Of a stretch of DNA of 64,000 bases, positions 11,955 to 22,060 are shown in pieces. The stretch comes from an uncultured Clostridium sp. GTDB taxonomy: Bacteria; Bacillota; Clostridia; Ch29. Location of the stretch: positions 28,463 to 92,462 of the forward strand of contig CAZVBE010000001.1 of NCBI GenBank assembly GCA_964625335.1, written 5' to 3'. Numbering within the stretch: position 1 is the first letter of the stretch; the number at the start of each line of letters is the position of its first letter. Below the pieces are notes generated by a model. That model ran no database searches. It saw only the letters and a list, made by a program, of their open reading frames with translations, and was not told where the DNA came from. The translations under genes and the position numbers were made by a program.

Positions 11955-13151
11955 ATGAAAAAATTTGTGAAAATAGCTGTAATAGTATTTTTGGCGATAG
12001 TAATTGTATTGGCTTCTGCGCTATTTTTCTTTCTTAATGCTATTGGTGAGGATAGTACCAGCGACCGGACAGCGGAAGTAGAGTTCACTATACCCGACCC
12101 TCCCAAAAAAGACGAGAGGGTTAATGTTCTTGTTTTAGGCGTGGATGTGGGTAATCCAATGGACACACGAGCCCCAAGCCGGGCCGATACTATGATACTT
12201 GCAAGCTTTGATCCCGAAGGGAAAAAGCTGGACTTGATATCGCTGCCCCGGGATACCAGGGTAAACATAAAGGGTAAAGGGCTTGAGAAGCTTGGGCACG
12301 CAAACGCATACGGAGGAGCTGCACTGGCGATGGAAACTATAGGCAGCTTCCTTGATATTGATGTGCATTACTATATTAGTATAGATTATACCGGATTCAG
12401 AAAGTTTGTCGATAACCTGGGAGGGGTGAGGGTAAATGTTCCCTTTGATATGGATTATTATGACCCCTATGACAATCCACCGCTGCGAATAGATATCCCA
12501 AAGGGATGGCAGACGTTAAACGGTGAAAAGGCACTGCAGTATGTACGATACCGTGAGGGTTATAAAAACGGGGACATAGGCAGGATAGAAGCCCAGCAGG
12601 CCTTTATGGATGCGACTATTGACAAAATTCTGAGTGCGGGAACTATACTAAGGCTGCCCGCCCTTGCGGATACCCTGAGCAGCCACTTAAAGACCAACAT
12701 GACACCCTCGGATATGGGGAAATATGCCTTCAGGGCCGCCGGGATTGACAAGGAATCTATAACCATGTACCGGCTGCCGGGGGATTCCGAATATATCGAT
12801 GGCATTTCGTACTTTTTGTATGACGAGCAAAAGACCGAAGAACTTGTTTCACTAATATTTAACAAAGAGGACAGGGTTAAGGTTGAGGTGTTAAACGGAA
12901 GCGGAGTAGCAGGTCTGGCTTCAAAGGTCGGCGATATGCTTAAAGAGAAGGGGTATGATGTAGTACGGATAGGCAATGCGGAAAGCAGTGCCGAGTACAC
13001 CAGCACCCATATCTATGACCGGAAGGGACAGGGGGATAATGCGAAAGAAATAGCTGAAATACTGGATGTGGAAGAGTTTAAGGTGGAACGTGATGATGAT
13101 GCTATTGCAGACGTTACGGTTATCCTTGGTAAGGATAGCAGCAACTTATAA
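11955..13151 (+). CDS. LytR-CpsA-Psr (LCP) family cell-envelope phosphotransferase
   Basis: N-terminal TM helix, NVLVLGVD...RADTMILASFDP...ISLPRDT motifs and a LytR_C-like C-terminus. ATG at 11955 follows GGGGTGG. Confidence 0.8.
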   Translation: MKKFVKIAVIVFLAIVIVLASALFFFLNAIGEDSTSDRTAEVEFTIPDPPKKDERVNVLVLGVDVGNPMDTRAPSRADTMILASFDPEGKKLDLISLPRDTRVNIKGKGLEKLGHANAYGGAALAMETIGSFLDIDVHYYISIDYTGFRKFVDNLGGVRVNVPFDMDYYDPYDNPPLRIDIPKGWQTLNGEKALQYVRYREGYKNGDIGRIEAQQAFMDATIDKILSAGTILRLPALADTLSSHLKTNMTPSDMGKYAFRAAGIDKESITMYRLPGDSEYIDGISYFLYDEQKTEELVSLIFNKEDRVKVEVLNGSGVAGLASKVGDMLKEKGYDVVRIGNAESSAEYTSTHIYDRKGQGDNAKEIAEILDVEEFKVERDDDAIADVTVILGKDSSNL

Positions 13152-13160
13152 ACAGGGAGG

Positions 13161-13511
13161 TTGTATACCATAATTATTACACAGGATATGGCAAGAACTG
13201 CCGTACAGGCGGCCAGGAGCAAAAAGGCATTGGATATAACGGTACTGGATATAAGGGATGTATCAATACTGGCGGATTATTTCATAATATGCAGCGGAAA
13301 TTCTACCACCCAGGTAAAATCCATTGCCGATGAAATCAAAAAACAAATGCACGAAATGGGATATGTATTGGGCCATGTGGAAGGCTATAAAGAAGAGAAA
13401 TGGGTTTTGCTGGATTACAGGGATGTGGTTATTCATGTATTCCAGTCCCGGGAAAGGCAATTCTATAATCTTGAAAAATTATGGGCAGATGCAAAGATTC
13501 TTGCCTATTGA
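13161..13511 (+). CDS. rsfS: ribosome silencing factor RsfS (start codon uncertain)
   Basis: KKALDITVLDIRDVSILADYFIICSG and WVLLDYRDVVIHVF motifs. Confidence 0.85.
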   Translation: MYTIIITQDMARTAVQAARSKKALDITVLDIRDVSILADYFIICSGNSTTQVKSIADEIKKQMHEMGYVLGHVEGYKEEKWVLLDYRDVVIHVFQSRERQFYNLEKLWADAKILAY

Positions 13512-13522
13512 CGGATAATATA

Positions 13523-13551
13523 TTGACACCCGTTTCAAAATATTTTATAAT
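13523..13551 (+). promoter_or_regulatory. consensus sigma-A promoter of the leuS leader
   Basis: TTGACA (13523-13528), a 17-nt spacer, then TATAAT (13546-13551). Confidence 0.7.
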
Positions 13552-13559
13552 ACTTTTAA

Positions 13560-13790
13560 AATTCCAATAGGATTTTTGTATTTGCAGGAATAGTAAATCA
13601 TCAGGCTTTCAAAGAGAGGCGGTACCCGGTGAAAACCGTCGGGCCTTATGATTGAACTCGCCTGCTAATTTGTACAGGGGTGATTCCCGTAAGGATCAAC
13701 CAAGTGGGCAGTTAATAAATACTGTCAATTAGGGTGGTAACGCGAGCTTTAACCTCTCGTCCCTAAACAGGGGACGGGGGTTTTTTTATT
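13560..13790 (+). promoter_or_regulatory. T-box leader (tRNA-Leu sensing) with terminator/antiterminator
   Basis: Conserved T-box sequence AATTAGGGTGGTAACGCG at 13727-13744. Terminator CTCGTCCC-taaacag-GGGACGGG plus T-run at 13755-13787. AGAGA/GGTGAAA stem-I elements are present. The candidate specifier is CUC (Leu) at 13657-13659, and the leader sits directly upstream of leuS. Confidence 0.85.
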
Positions 13791-13821
13791 ATCCCAATAT
13801 AAGTTATGGAGGTAGGAAACG

Positions 13822-16284
13822 GTGAAACATGAATTTAATAAGATAGAGGAAAAATGGCAGTCGCATTGGGAGCAGAAGGGTCTGTACACCGTCAACAACA
13901 CAGGTGAAAATAAATACTATGCTCTGGAAATGTTCCCGTATCCCTCCGGGAAGCTTCATATGGGTCATGTGAGAAACTACTCCATCGGAGACGTAGTGTC
14001 AAGATTCAAAAGAATGAACGGCAGTGGGGTGCTGCACCCTATGGGCTGGGACGCCTTTGGACTGCCAGCGGAAAATGCGGCTATAAAAAACAATACCCAT
14101 CCAAATGAATGGACATGGAATAATATTAAGAGCATGAGATCCCAGCTCAAACGACTGGGTATAAGCTATGACTGGGACAGGGAAGTGGCAAGCTGCCACC
14201 CTGATTACTATAAATGGACCCAGTGGCTGTTTTTGCTGTTTTACAAAAACGGGCTTGCTTATAAGAAGCGATCCCAGGTAAACTGGTGCCCTTCGTGTAC
14301 AACCGTTCTGGCAAATGAGCAGGTTGTAGCCGGCGAATGTGAAAGGTGCGGTAGTATTGTAACAAAAAAAGAGCTGGAGCAGTGGTTTTTTAAGATTACC
14401 GATTATGCCCAGCGCCTGCTTGACGACCTGGAAAAGCTGGAGGGTTGGCCCGACAAGGTTAAGCTGATGCAGAAAAACTGGATAGGAAGAAGCGAAGGCG
14501 CATCCATCGACTTTGATATTCAGGGGCTGGGGCAGGATATCACAGTATTTACCACAAGACCGGACACATTATTTGGCGCAACCTATATGGCCCTTGCTCC
14601 GGAGCATCCCCTGTCCAGGGAGATTGTAAGCGGAACGGAGTATGAGAAGGAGTTTGACAGGTTTTTAGAGCGCATCAAAAAAATGTCTGAAATAGAAAGA
14701 ACCTCAAATGAATTGGAAAAGGAAGGGGTATTTCTGGGCAAATATGCGGTCAATCCGGTCAACGGCGAGAGACTTCCCATATATGCGGCCAATTATATCC
14801 TTCTTGAATACGGTACCGGCGCAATAATGGGAGTGCCCGCTCACGACCAGAGGGACTATGAGTTCGCAAAAAAATATCAGCTGGATATAGTTGAAGTGGT
14901 AAAACCCGGGACGGGTGACTGCGTACCCGAAGGCCAGGCCTATGACGGCCCCGGAATGATGGTTAATTCCGGCAAATTCAATGGTATGGACCATCTCGAA
15001 GCCATTGATGGTATTGTAAAGGACCTTGAACTGAAGGGCAAGGGTAAAAAGGAAATAAGATTCAGGTTGAGGGACTGGCTTATATCGCGCCAGAGATATT
15101 GGGGTGCGCCCATACCAATTGTATACTGCCCCGATTGTGGTGAGGTGCCTGTACCCGAGACAGACTTACCGGTAATACTGCCCATTGACATAAAGCTTAC
15201 AGGCATGGGGGATTCGCCTCTTGCAAGGAGCGAAGAATTTGTCAACGTCACATGCCCCAACTGCGGCCAAAAAGCAAAGAGGGAAACGGATACTATGGAT
15301 ACCTTTGTATGTTCATCCTGGTATTTTTTAAGGTTCACCGACCCCAGGAACAGTAAAGCTCCCTTTGACAGGGCAAAGGCTGATGCCTGGATGCCGGTTG
15401 ACCAGTACATTGGCGGTGTGGAACACGCTATTCTTCACCTGATGTATGCCAGATTTTTCACAAAGGCGTTACATGACCTTGGTTTATGCTCCTTCGACGA
15501 ACCCTTTAAGAACCTCCTTACCCAGGGTATGGTACTTAAGGACGGCGCCAAAATGTCCAAGTCCAAGGGCAATGTGGTAAGCCCGGAGGATATAATAAAA
15601 AGGTACGGGGCAGATACTGCGAGGTTATTTATACTATTTGCAGCTCCACCTGAAAGGGATTTGGAATGGAGCGACCAGGGAGTGGAAGGCTGCTACCGTT
15701 TTCTGAACAGAATCTGGAGGCTGGTAGAAGAGAATATAGGACTTATAAGGAATGCCGGCGAAACAGACGGCAGTGTTTCTAACCCGGAAGACAGGGAAAT
15801 GCTTTATGTAATTAACCGTACCGTTAAAAAAGTCACCGAAGACATTGAGGGCAGGTTCAATTTTAATACTGCCATAAGCGCCATAATGGAAATGGTGAAC
15901 GCCCTTTATCAGTATAAGGACGGTAACAGCTTCAATCATTCGATTATGCTTGACGGAGTAAAAAAACTGGTGGTTCTGATAGCGCCCTTTGCACCGCATA
16001 TTGCGGAGGAGCTTTGGAAAATGGCCGGGGAGACCGGCAGCGTTCATGAGCAGATGTGGCCGGTATTTGATGAAAAATACATGGTCAGGGAGCTGCTTAC
16101 AATTGCGGTACAGGTTAACGGAAAGGTTAGGAGCCGTATTGATGTGCCTTCGGGTATGGATGCGGAGGAAGTGAAGGAACTTGCATTGAAGGATAAAAGG
16201 GTTAGGGCGTATACCGACGGGGGCGCTATAAAAAAGGTTATTCTGGTTCCGGATAAGCTGGTAAATGTTGTTTTAGGGAGGTAG
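13822..16284 (+). CDS. leuS: leucine--tRNA ligase (GTG start)
   Basis: HMGH (HIGH-type) and KMSKS motifs, 820 aa. Confidence 0.95.
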   Translation: MKHEFNKIEEKWQSHWEQKGLYTVNNTGENKYYALEMFPYPSGKLHMGHVRNYSIGDVVSRFKRMNGSGVLHPMGWDAFGLPAENAAIKNNTHPNEWTWNNIKSMRSQLKRLGISYDWDREVASCHPDYYKWTQWLFLLFYKNGLAYKKRSQVNWCPSCTTVLANEQVVAGECERCGSIVTKKELEQWFFKITDYAQRLLDDLEKLEGWPDKVKLMQKNWIGRSEGASIDFDIQGLGQDITVFTTRPDTLFGATYMALAPEHPLSREIVSGTEYEKEFDRFLERIKKMSEIERTSNELEKEGVFLGKYAVNPVNGERLPIYAANYILLEYGTGAIMGVPAHDQRDYEFAKKYQLDIVEVVKPGTGDCVPEGQAYDGPGMMVNSGKFNGMDHLEAIDGIVKDLELKGKGKKEIRFRLRDWLISRQRYWGAPIPIVYCPDCGEVPVPETDLPVILPIDIKLTGMGDSPLARSEEFVNVTCPNCGQKAKRETDTMDTFVCSSWYFLRFTDPRNSKAPFDRAKADAWMPVDQYIGGVEHAILHLMYARFFTKALHDLGLCSFDEPFKNLLTQGMVLKDGAKMSKSKGNVVSPEDIIKRYGADTARLFILFAAPPERDLEWSDQGVEGCYRFLNRIWRLVEENIGLIRNAGETDGSVSNPEDREMLYVINRTVKKVTEDIEGRFNFNTAISAIMEMVNALYQYKDGNSFNHSIMLDGVKKLVVLIAPFAPHIAEELWKMAGETGSVHEQMWPVFDEKYMVRELLTIAVQVNGKVRSRIDVPSGMDAEEVKELALKDKRVRAYTDGGAIKKVILVPDKLVNVVLGR

Positions 16285-16289
16285 AGAGT

Positions 16290-16940
16290 ATGAATGAGGA
16301 ATTACATCCGATCCTTAGGAGTATTATACCTATGGTAGAAGGTATAGCCAAAACCTTCGGTAAGAGCTGTGAGGTGGTGCTGCATGATATAACAGACCCA
16401 TACCACTCAATAGTAGCGATTGAGAATTCCCATGTTACCGAAAGAAGTCTTGGAGGAGCAATGTCCCAGACCAATATTGAGGCAATCGCATCCGGGGGCT
16501 TTACACAGAACCAGCTTAACTATACAAAAAAAACTGCCGATGGCAGAGTTCTAAAATCCTCTACAATGGTGATCAGGGATGAAAACCAAAAACCCATCGG
16601 GTGTCTTTGCATAAATTTTGACCTGTCGGAATTTATTATGGTAAGGAACTCCATAAACTCCCTGTGCTATACCGGGGAGCCCGAGGAAAATAAAATAGCA
16701 AGGGGATACCAGGGCACAAATATAAACGAAGTACTGTGCAATCTGGTAAACAGTGTGCTGGATGCCTCCGGCAAGCCGGTAGCGTATATGACCAAGGATG
16801 ACAAGGTGGAAATAGTAAGGATATTGGACAAAAAAGGGGCATTCCTTATCAAGGGTGCTATCGACTACGTGGCAAAGGTACTTTGTGTTTCCAGGTATAC
16901 TGTCTATAATTACCTGGATGAGGTAAGGGTAGAGGAGTAA
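16290..16940 (+). CDS. YheO-like PAS + HTH transcriptional regulator
   Basis: The domain layout and C-terminal HTH (VAKVLCVSRYTVYNYL) recall the YheO family, which is commonly paired with RidA. Confidence 0.6.
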   Translation: MNEELHPILRSIIPMVEGIAKTFGKSCEVVLHDITDPYHSIVAIENSHVTERSLGGAMSQTNIEAIASGGFTQNQLNYTKKTADGRVLKSSTMVIRDENQKPIGCLCINFDLSEFIMVRNSINSLCYTGEPEENKIARGYQGTNINEVLCNLVNSVLDASGKPVAYMTKDDKVEIVRILDKKGAFLIKGAIDYVAKVLCVSRYTVYNYLDEVRVEE

Positions 16941-16955
16941 AAAAGGAGGTTTATT

Positions 16956-17336
16956 ATGAAAAAGGAAGTGGTTTCAACTAAAAAAGCTCCCGGAGCCGTA
17001 GGACCCTATTCCCAGGCCGTTAAGAGCGGCAATCTGGTGTTTACTGCCGGGCAGATAGCGTTGGATCCTGAAACGGGACAAATGGTGGGCGGAGGTATAA
17101 AGGAGCAGACCCGTCAGGTGTTTGCAAACCTGAAGGCTGTACTGGACGCTGCAGGAACAAGCCTTGAAAATGTAATCAAAACCACCGTGTTTATTGTGGA
17201 TATGGGTAAGTTTGGCGATGTTAATGAGGTGTATGCAGGCTATTTTTCAGGCGATTTCCCCGCCCGGTCCTGTGTTGAGGTGGCCGGACTTCCAAAGGAT
17301 GCACAGGTGGAGATTGAGGTTGTGGCAGTACTGTAG
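16956..17336 (+). CDS. ridA: RidA/YjgF-family reactive-intermediate deaminase
   Basis: [13 protein letters not shown]-terminus and [20 protein letters not shown]-terminus. Confidence 0.9.
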   Translation: MKKEVVSTKKAPGAVGPYSQAVKSGNLVFTAGQIALDPETGQMVGGGIKEQTRQVFANLKAVLDAAGTSLENVIKTTVFIVDMGKFGDVNEVYAGYFSGDFPARSCVEVAGLPKDAQVEIEVVAVL

Positions 17337-17360
17337 CAGAGGGGTTTTGGGGGCTAAATA

Positions 17361-17390
17361 AAAAATGGGACAGGTTAACTGTCCCATTTT
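17361..17390. terminator. bidirectional terminator between convergent genes
   Basis: ATGGGACAG-gttaa-CTGTCCCAT flanked by an A-run and a T-run. Confidence 0.8.
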
Positions 17391-17393
17391 GCG

Positions 17394-18656
17394 TTATCTT
17401 CTTTTAAAAATGTTTTTTCTTCTGCCATACATAGAGCCTTTTCTTCTTCTGCTTTTAATTATAAACCTAAATGCCAGTACCGAAACCGGCAAAGCAAATA
17501 AGAACCACCAAAGCCTGAATTTTGAGCTTCCGGATTTCCCGCTGAATATGGCGGATGCCATTACATCGCTGCCGGGGGCACTGTCGGCTATCAGCCTCAC
17601 CTTTCCGACAATGTCTTCACCAATACTGTAGTCAATATGTCCAACGCGTTCTCCCGGTTGTACGGTGGGTTTCACGCTGTCAAGCACTATATTCTCGTTT
17701 ATGTCGGGTTTTTGTGTATCCACAGGGATATTATAATGAAAGCCCTGTTCGGTGACTATCCTTACATCGGAATTTGAACCCATAAACTCTATCGTGTCAA
17801 TTACTTTGCCCTCCTCAACCACAGGCAGTTGTTCGAAGCTGTCAAAGGCATACTCCAGCAGGGCTACGGTATTATCCCACAGCGTATTGCTGTTTTGTTC
17901 ATTCAGTATTACTGTGATAAACTCCTTTCCATCCCTTTGGGCAGACCCTATAAAGCAGTGCCTTGCCGCCGTTGTATATCCCGTTTTTATGCCGTTACCG
18001 CCCTCATAGCTGTGACTGGTATTCTTGATAAGCCTGTTCCCGTTGTACAGATACCTGGTATCCTGCATGTTGGTTTCGGGTATTATGTATCTCACAGTGC
18101 TTACTATCTTCCTGAATTCGGGTATTGACATAGCGTGTTTGGCGATTAACGCCATATCATAGGCAGTGGTAACATGGTTTGGGTCGGGCAGGCCGTTGGG
18201 GTTGGTGAAATTGGTATTCAGGGCTCCCAGCTGTGCCGCCTTATCGTTCATCATTACCGCAAATTCTTCGACCGAACCGCCTATGTACTCTGCTATAGCT
18301 ATGGCTGCATCGTTTCCGGATTCCAGCATAAGGCCGTAAAGCATTTGCTCCAGTGTTACCTTTTCACCCTCAAGCAGGTATATTTTGCTTCCGTCAATAT
18401 AGGAAGCCCTCCTGCTTATCGGCACATAATCGGTCAGGGTACCTCTTTCCAGGGCCAGTGCGGCAGTCATTACCTTGGTTATACTGGCCGGGTAGGACAC
18501 CTGATGGGCATTCTTACCGTATAATACCTGGCCTGTTTTGGCGTCCATCAGAACCGCCCTGGGAGAACTAATGTTTATCGAAGCTAAAGCATTGACAGGA
18601 CCGGTTAACAGGGCCAGGAGAATTGACAAAACCATTAAAGCTGCAATTTTTTTCAT
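17394..18656 (-). CDS. serine-type D-Ala-D-Ala carboxypeptidase (PBP5/DacB/DacF family)
   Basis: Signal peptide, SITKVMT (SxxK), ESGND (SxN), IKTGYT (KTG) and a C-terminal TM anchor. Confidence 0.9.
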   Translation of the reverse strand: MKKIAALMVLSILLALLTGPVNALASINISSPRAVLMDAKTGQVLYGKNAHQVSYPASITKVMTAALALERGTLTDYVPISRRASYIDGSKIYLLEGEKVTLEQMLYGLMLESGNDAAIAIAEYIGGSVEEFAVMMNDKAAQLGALNTNFTNPNGLPDPNHVTTAYDMALIAKHAMSIPEFRKIVSTVRYIIPETNMQDTRYLYNGNRLIKNTSHSYEGGNGIKTGYTTAARHCFIGSAQRDGKEFITVILNEQNSNTLWDNTVALLEYAFDSFEQLPVVEEGKVIDTIEFMGSNSDVRIVTEQGFHYNIPVDTQKPDINENIVLDSVKPTVQPGERVGHIDYSIGEDIVGKVRLIADSAPGSDVMASAIFSGKSGSSKFRLWWFLFALPVSVLAFRFIIKSRRRKGSMYGRRKNIFKRR

Positions 18657-18841
18657 ATTTCGCCTCCGCGGTTATGTATAGGAGTTAAGTATAATAATAG
18701 TATAACAGATAAGGCCCTTTGTTTACAGGTGTAAGGACACAAATCCATAAAATACATAGCAAGACATCTGTCGCCAAATTTAAAGGAGAAAATAGAAAAA
18801 TATAGAATAATAATATGAATAGTAGTTCAGGGGGTGTGTGT

Positions 18842-19429
18842 ATGGACCTCTCAAAAAGGGAATTGCTATTAATAGGTCTGGTAGTAGTATTATTAGCCAT
18901 AAATATTGGTCTTATACTTAAAATTGAGGACAGGAGCGAAGGGAGCGTGGCCGGGGAAAACCTGGACAGCTTTTTTGCCGAGGCAGAAGAATACATGGAG
19001 GCGGAGATAGTAATACATGTTACCGGGGAGGTAAAGGAAAGTGGAGTGGTCTATATGCCGGAGGGAGCCCGCGTAGTGGATGCTGTAAATGCGGCCGGAG
19101 GGGCCCTTGAAACCGGTGACCTTGACAGGATAAACCTTGCAAAGGTGCTGCAGGATGGTGAAAAAGTCCATATTCCGGCCATGGGAGAAGTTGTGGATAA
19201 TTATGCATATTCGGATTATAATGGACAAGCAGATGGCGTAATCAATATTAATACTGCCGGTGCCTATGAACTCGAAAGCTTGCAAGGCATAGGTCCTGTG
19301 CTTGCTGCGAGGATTGTGGATTTCAGGGAAAAGGAAGGCAGGTTTGAAAAGCCGGAGGACATAATGAAGGTCTCGGGCATAGGCACAAAGATTTACGAAA
19401 GCTTAAAAGACAGCATAAGAGTGAGGTGA
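18842..19429 (+). CDS. comEA: ComEA-family DNA-binding protein (SLBB + helix-hairpin-helix)
   Basis: N-terminal TM helix and INTAGAYELESLQGIGPVLAARIVDFRE HhH motif. Confidence 0.85.
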   Translation: MDLSKRELLLIGLVVVLLAINIGLILKIEDRSEGSVAGENLDSFFAEAEEYMEAEIVIHVTGEVKESGVVYMPEGARVVDAVNAAGGALETGDLDRINLAKVLQDGEKVHIPAMGEVVDNYAYSDYNGQADGVININTAGAYELESLQGIGPVLAARIVDFREKEGRFEKPEDIMKVSGIGTKIYESLKDSIRVR

Positions 19430-19434
19430 AGGCT

Positions 19435-20478
19435 GTGAGTAATAACGAAAAGGTAAGGCTGACGTCGCTTACTGCCAGCGCAGGGTGAGCTTCTAAAATA
19501 GGGCCCGATGCCCTGGCGCAGGTTCTGCGTCATTTACCCGTATCAGCCCATCCGGATCTGCTGGTGGGTTTTTCAGGTTCGGATGATGCGGCGGTTTACA
19601 AAATGTCCGACGATACAGCCGTTATTCAAACACTGGATTTTTTTACACCGGTGGTGGATGACCCCTTTGTTTTCGGCCAGATTGCGGCAGCAAACGCCCT
19701 TAGTGATATATATGCAATGGGCGGAGTTCCCGTTTTAGCTTTAAACATAGTCTGTTTCCCCAAATGTTTAGACCTCGATGTATTAGAGAATATACTCCTT
19801 GGGGGGGCGGACAGGGTGAAGGAGGCAGGGGCTCTCCTTGCCGGAGGTCACACAATACAGGATGATGAGCCCAAATACGGCCTTTCGGTCATGGGTACAG
19901 TCCACCCGGACAGGGTTGTGACCAACGGCGGCGCAAAACCCGGGGATATTCTGGTGCTTACGAAACCCCTGGGAAGCGGTATCATTAATACTGCAATAAA
20001 GGCGGATATGGCCAGCCCTGAGATTTATAAAGCGGCAGTAGAGGTTATGATAACTCTTAACAGTCATGCCGCGGCGGCTATGCAGCAGTCCGGAGGCACC
20101 GGCTGTACGGATATAACCGGTTTCGGTCTGGTGGGGCACTGCCTTGAGATGGCAGAAGCCAGCAAGGTGTCCATCCGATTGTGGAAAGACAGTATACCAA
20201 TACTGGAGGGGGCAAGGCAACTCGCACAGATGGGGATAGTTCCTGCCGGTGCCTATTCCAATAAAAACCATGTTAAGAACAGGGTGAGCCTTAAAGGAGT
20301 GGAAACCGACATAGAGGACATTGTTTTTGACCCGCAGACCTCGGGAGGGCTGCTTATTTCGATGCCCGAAGACAGAACCCGCCATTTCATGGACATTGTT
20401 TCCGGGAAAACGGTGTTTGACTGTGCAGTAATTGGCAGGGTTCAGGAAAAAAGTACCTTTAGCGTAGAGGTTCTGTAG
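19435..20478 (+). CDS. selD: selenide, water dikinase SelD, selenocysteine-containing (in-frame UGA at 19486-19488)
   Basis: GTG at 19435 gives VSNNEKVRLTSLTASAG-U-ASKIGPDALAQVLRHL. This is in frame (129 nt) with ORF 19564..20478. The U-x-x-K matches the Cys/Sec-x-x-Lys active-site loop of SelD. Confidence 0.85.
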
Positions 20479-20611
20479 ATATTAGGTAAAAATTTATTTT
20501 TATAGTAATGGGCAAAAGGAATTTTACAAAAGATGGCGAATATAAATACAGTGTGTTATATAACTATAAATTTTAGTTATATATCAAATAATAGGTATTA
20601 GGAGGGAAATT

Positions 20612-21961
20612 ATGGAGTTTCTGTTGGAACTGAACGGTATGATTAACGGTTTGGTTTGGGGTCCATATATGCTGGTACTCCTGGTGGGTACCGGTATCTA
20701 CCTGACCCTACGCACTAATTTTATGCCAATTGCTAAGCTAGGCTATGTATTAAAGAGCACGCTGCTTAAAATGTTCGAAAAGACAACTCTCGGGGAAGGT
20801 GAGATTACACCCTTCCAGGCTGTTGCAACGGCCCTGGCAGCAACCATTGGTACCGGTAATATAGCCGGTGTTGCTACTGCCATAGCCATAGGCGGACCTG
20901 GAGCCGTATTCTGGATGTGGGTGTCCGCAGTATTCGGGATGGCCACAAAGTATGGAGAAGTTGTACTTGCAATAAACTTCAGGGAAAAGACCGAAGACGG
21001 CCGTTTTGTCGGAGGCCCTATGTACTATATCGAAAAAGGACTGGGTATGAGATGGCTTGCAATGGTGTTTGCTTTCTTTGGAGCCGTGGCAGCCTTCGGT
21101 ATAGGTAACATGGTTCAGGGTAACTCGGTTGCCGCTGCTTTGGAAGCTTCATTCGGTATCAGCAAGCTGGTTTCGGGTATTGTACTGGCAGTAGCAGCAG
21201 CAGCTGTAATAATCGGCGGCTTGAAGAGGATTGCAACGGTTACTGAAAGACTTGTTCCTATCATGGCAGCGTTCTATATGATCGGGGCGATAGTCATACT
21301 GGTCACCAGCGCAGGCCAGATTCCCGCAGCCTTCGCGCTTATTTTCAGTGAGGCCTTTACCGGTACTGCTGCAGTAGGCGGATTTGCAGGCTCAACCATT
21401 ATGATGGCGGCCAGGTTCGGGGTTGCCCGTGGGGTATTCTCCAACGAAGCCGGTCTTGGTAGTGCTCCTATAGCACACGCCGCAGCGACCACAGACAGTG
21501 CTGCACGTCAGGGCCTGTGGGGAATATTCGAAGTATTTGCCGATACACTGGTAATATGTTCAATGACGGCTCTGTCCATCCTGGTAACAGGAGTATGGCA
21601 GTCCGGTGAGACCGGTGCAGCATTGACCACAGCAGCATTCAACCATGGACTTCCGGGACCCGGCGGCATAATAGTCGCAGTAGGAATTCTGTTGTTTGCA
21701 TTCTCCACAATCCTAAGCTGGTCTTACTACGGAGAGCGTTGCGCCGAGTATCTTCTGGGAAGCAAAGTAAACATGATATACAGGGTTTTGTGGATACCCT
21801 TCATAGTTATCGGTTCTGTAGGCGGTCTGACTATTATCTGGGACATCGCCGATACGTTGAACGGACTTATGGCAATCCCCAACTTGATAGGCCTGTTAGG
21901 CTTAAGCGGCGTTATAATCAAGCTTACCAAGGAATTCTTCAATAATAAAAACGAAGCCTAA
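20612..21961 (+). CDS. alanine/glycine:cation symporter (AGCS) family transporter
   Basis: GPGAVFWMW motif and ~11 hydrophobic segments, 449 aa. Confidence 0.85.
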   Translation: MEFLLELNGMINGLVWGPYMLVLLVGTGIYLTLRTNFMPIAKLGYVLKSTLLKMFEKTTLGEGEITPFQAVATALAATIGTGNIAGVATAIAIGGPGAVFWMWVSAVFGMATKYGEVVLAINFREKTEDGRFVGGPMYYIEKGLGMRWLAMVFAFFGAVAAFGIGNMVQGNSVAAALEASFGISKLVSGIVLAVAAAAVIIGGLKRIATVTERLVPIMAAFYMIGAIVILVTSAGQIPAAFALIFSEAFTGTAAVGGFAGSTIMMAARFGVARGVFSNEAGLGSAPIAHAAATTDSAARQGLWGIFEVFADTLVICSMTALSILVTGVWQSGETGAALTTAAFNHGLPGPGGIIVAVGILLFAFSTILSWSYYGERCAEYLLGSKVNMIYRVLWIPFIVIGSVGGLTIIWDIADTLNGLMAIPNLIGLLGLSGVIIKLTKEFFNNKNEA

Positions 21962-21968
21962 TACATAT

Positions 21969-21994
21969 AGCCCCGGATTATCCGGGGCTTTTTT
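21969..21994 (+). terminator. rho-independent terminator
   Basis: AGCCCCGGA-tta-TCCGGGGCT followed by TTTTT. Confidence 0.8.
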
Positions 21995-22060
21995 AGTTGA
22001 TTATTTGCAGGGCATATGGGAAAATAAAGGGAGATAAACACCCGGGAGGAGTATGGTACT

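Noticed and set aside
17365-17631. 88-aa plus-strand ORF after ridA
   Set aside because: It starts inside the bidirectional terminator and lies antisense to the C-terminal membrane anchor of the DD-carboxypeptidase gene.
19508-19738. 76-aa ORF at the 5' end of selD
   Set aside because: It is out of frame with the SelD reading frame, which is continuous from 19435 once the UGA is read as Sec.
20479-20611. Glycine or other riboswitch upstream of the alanine/glycine symporter
   Set aside because: The region is short and AT-rich. I could not find the conserved glycine-riboswitch cores or any terminator/antiterminator pair. Only a palindrome is present.
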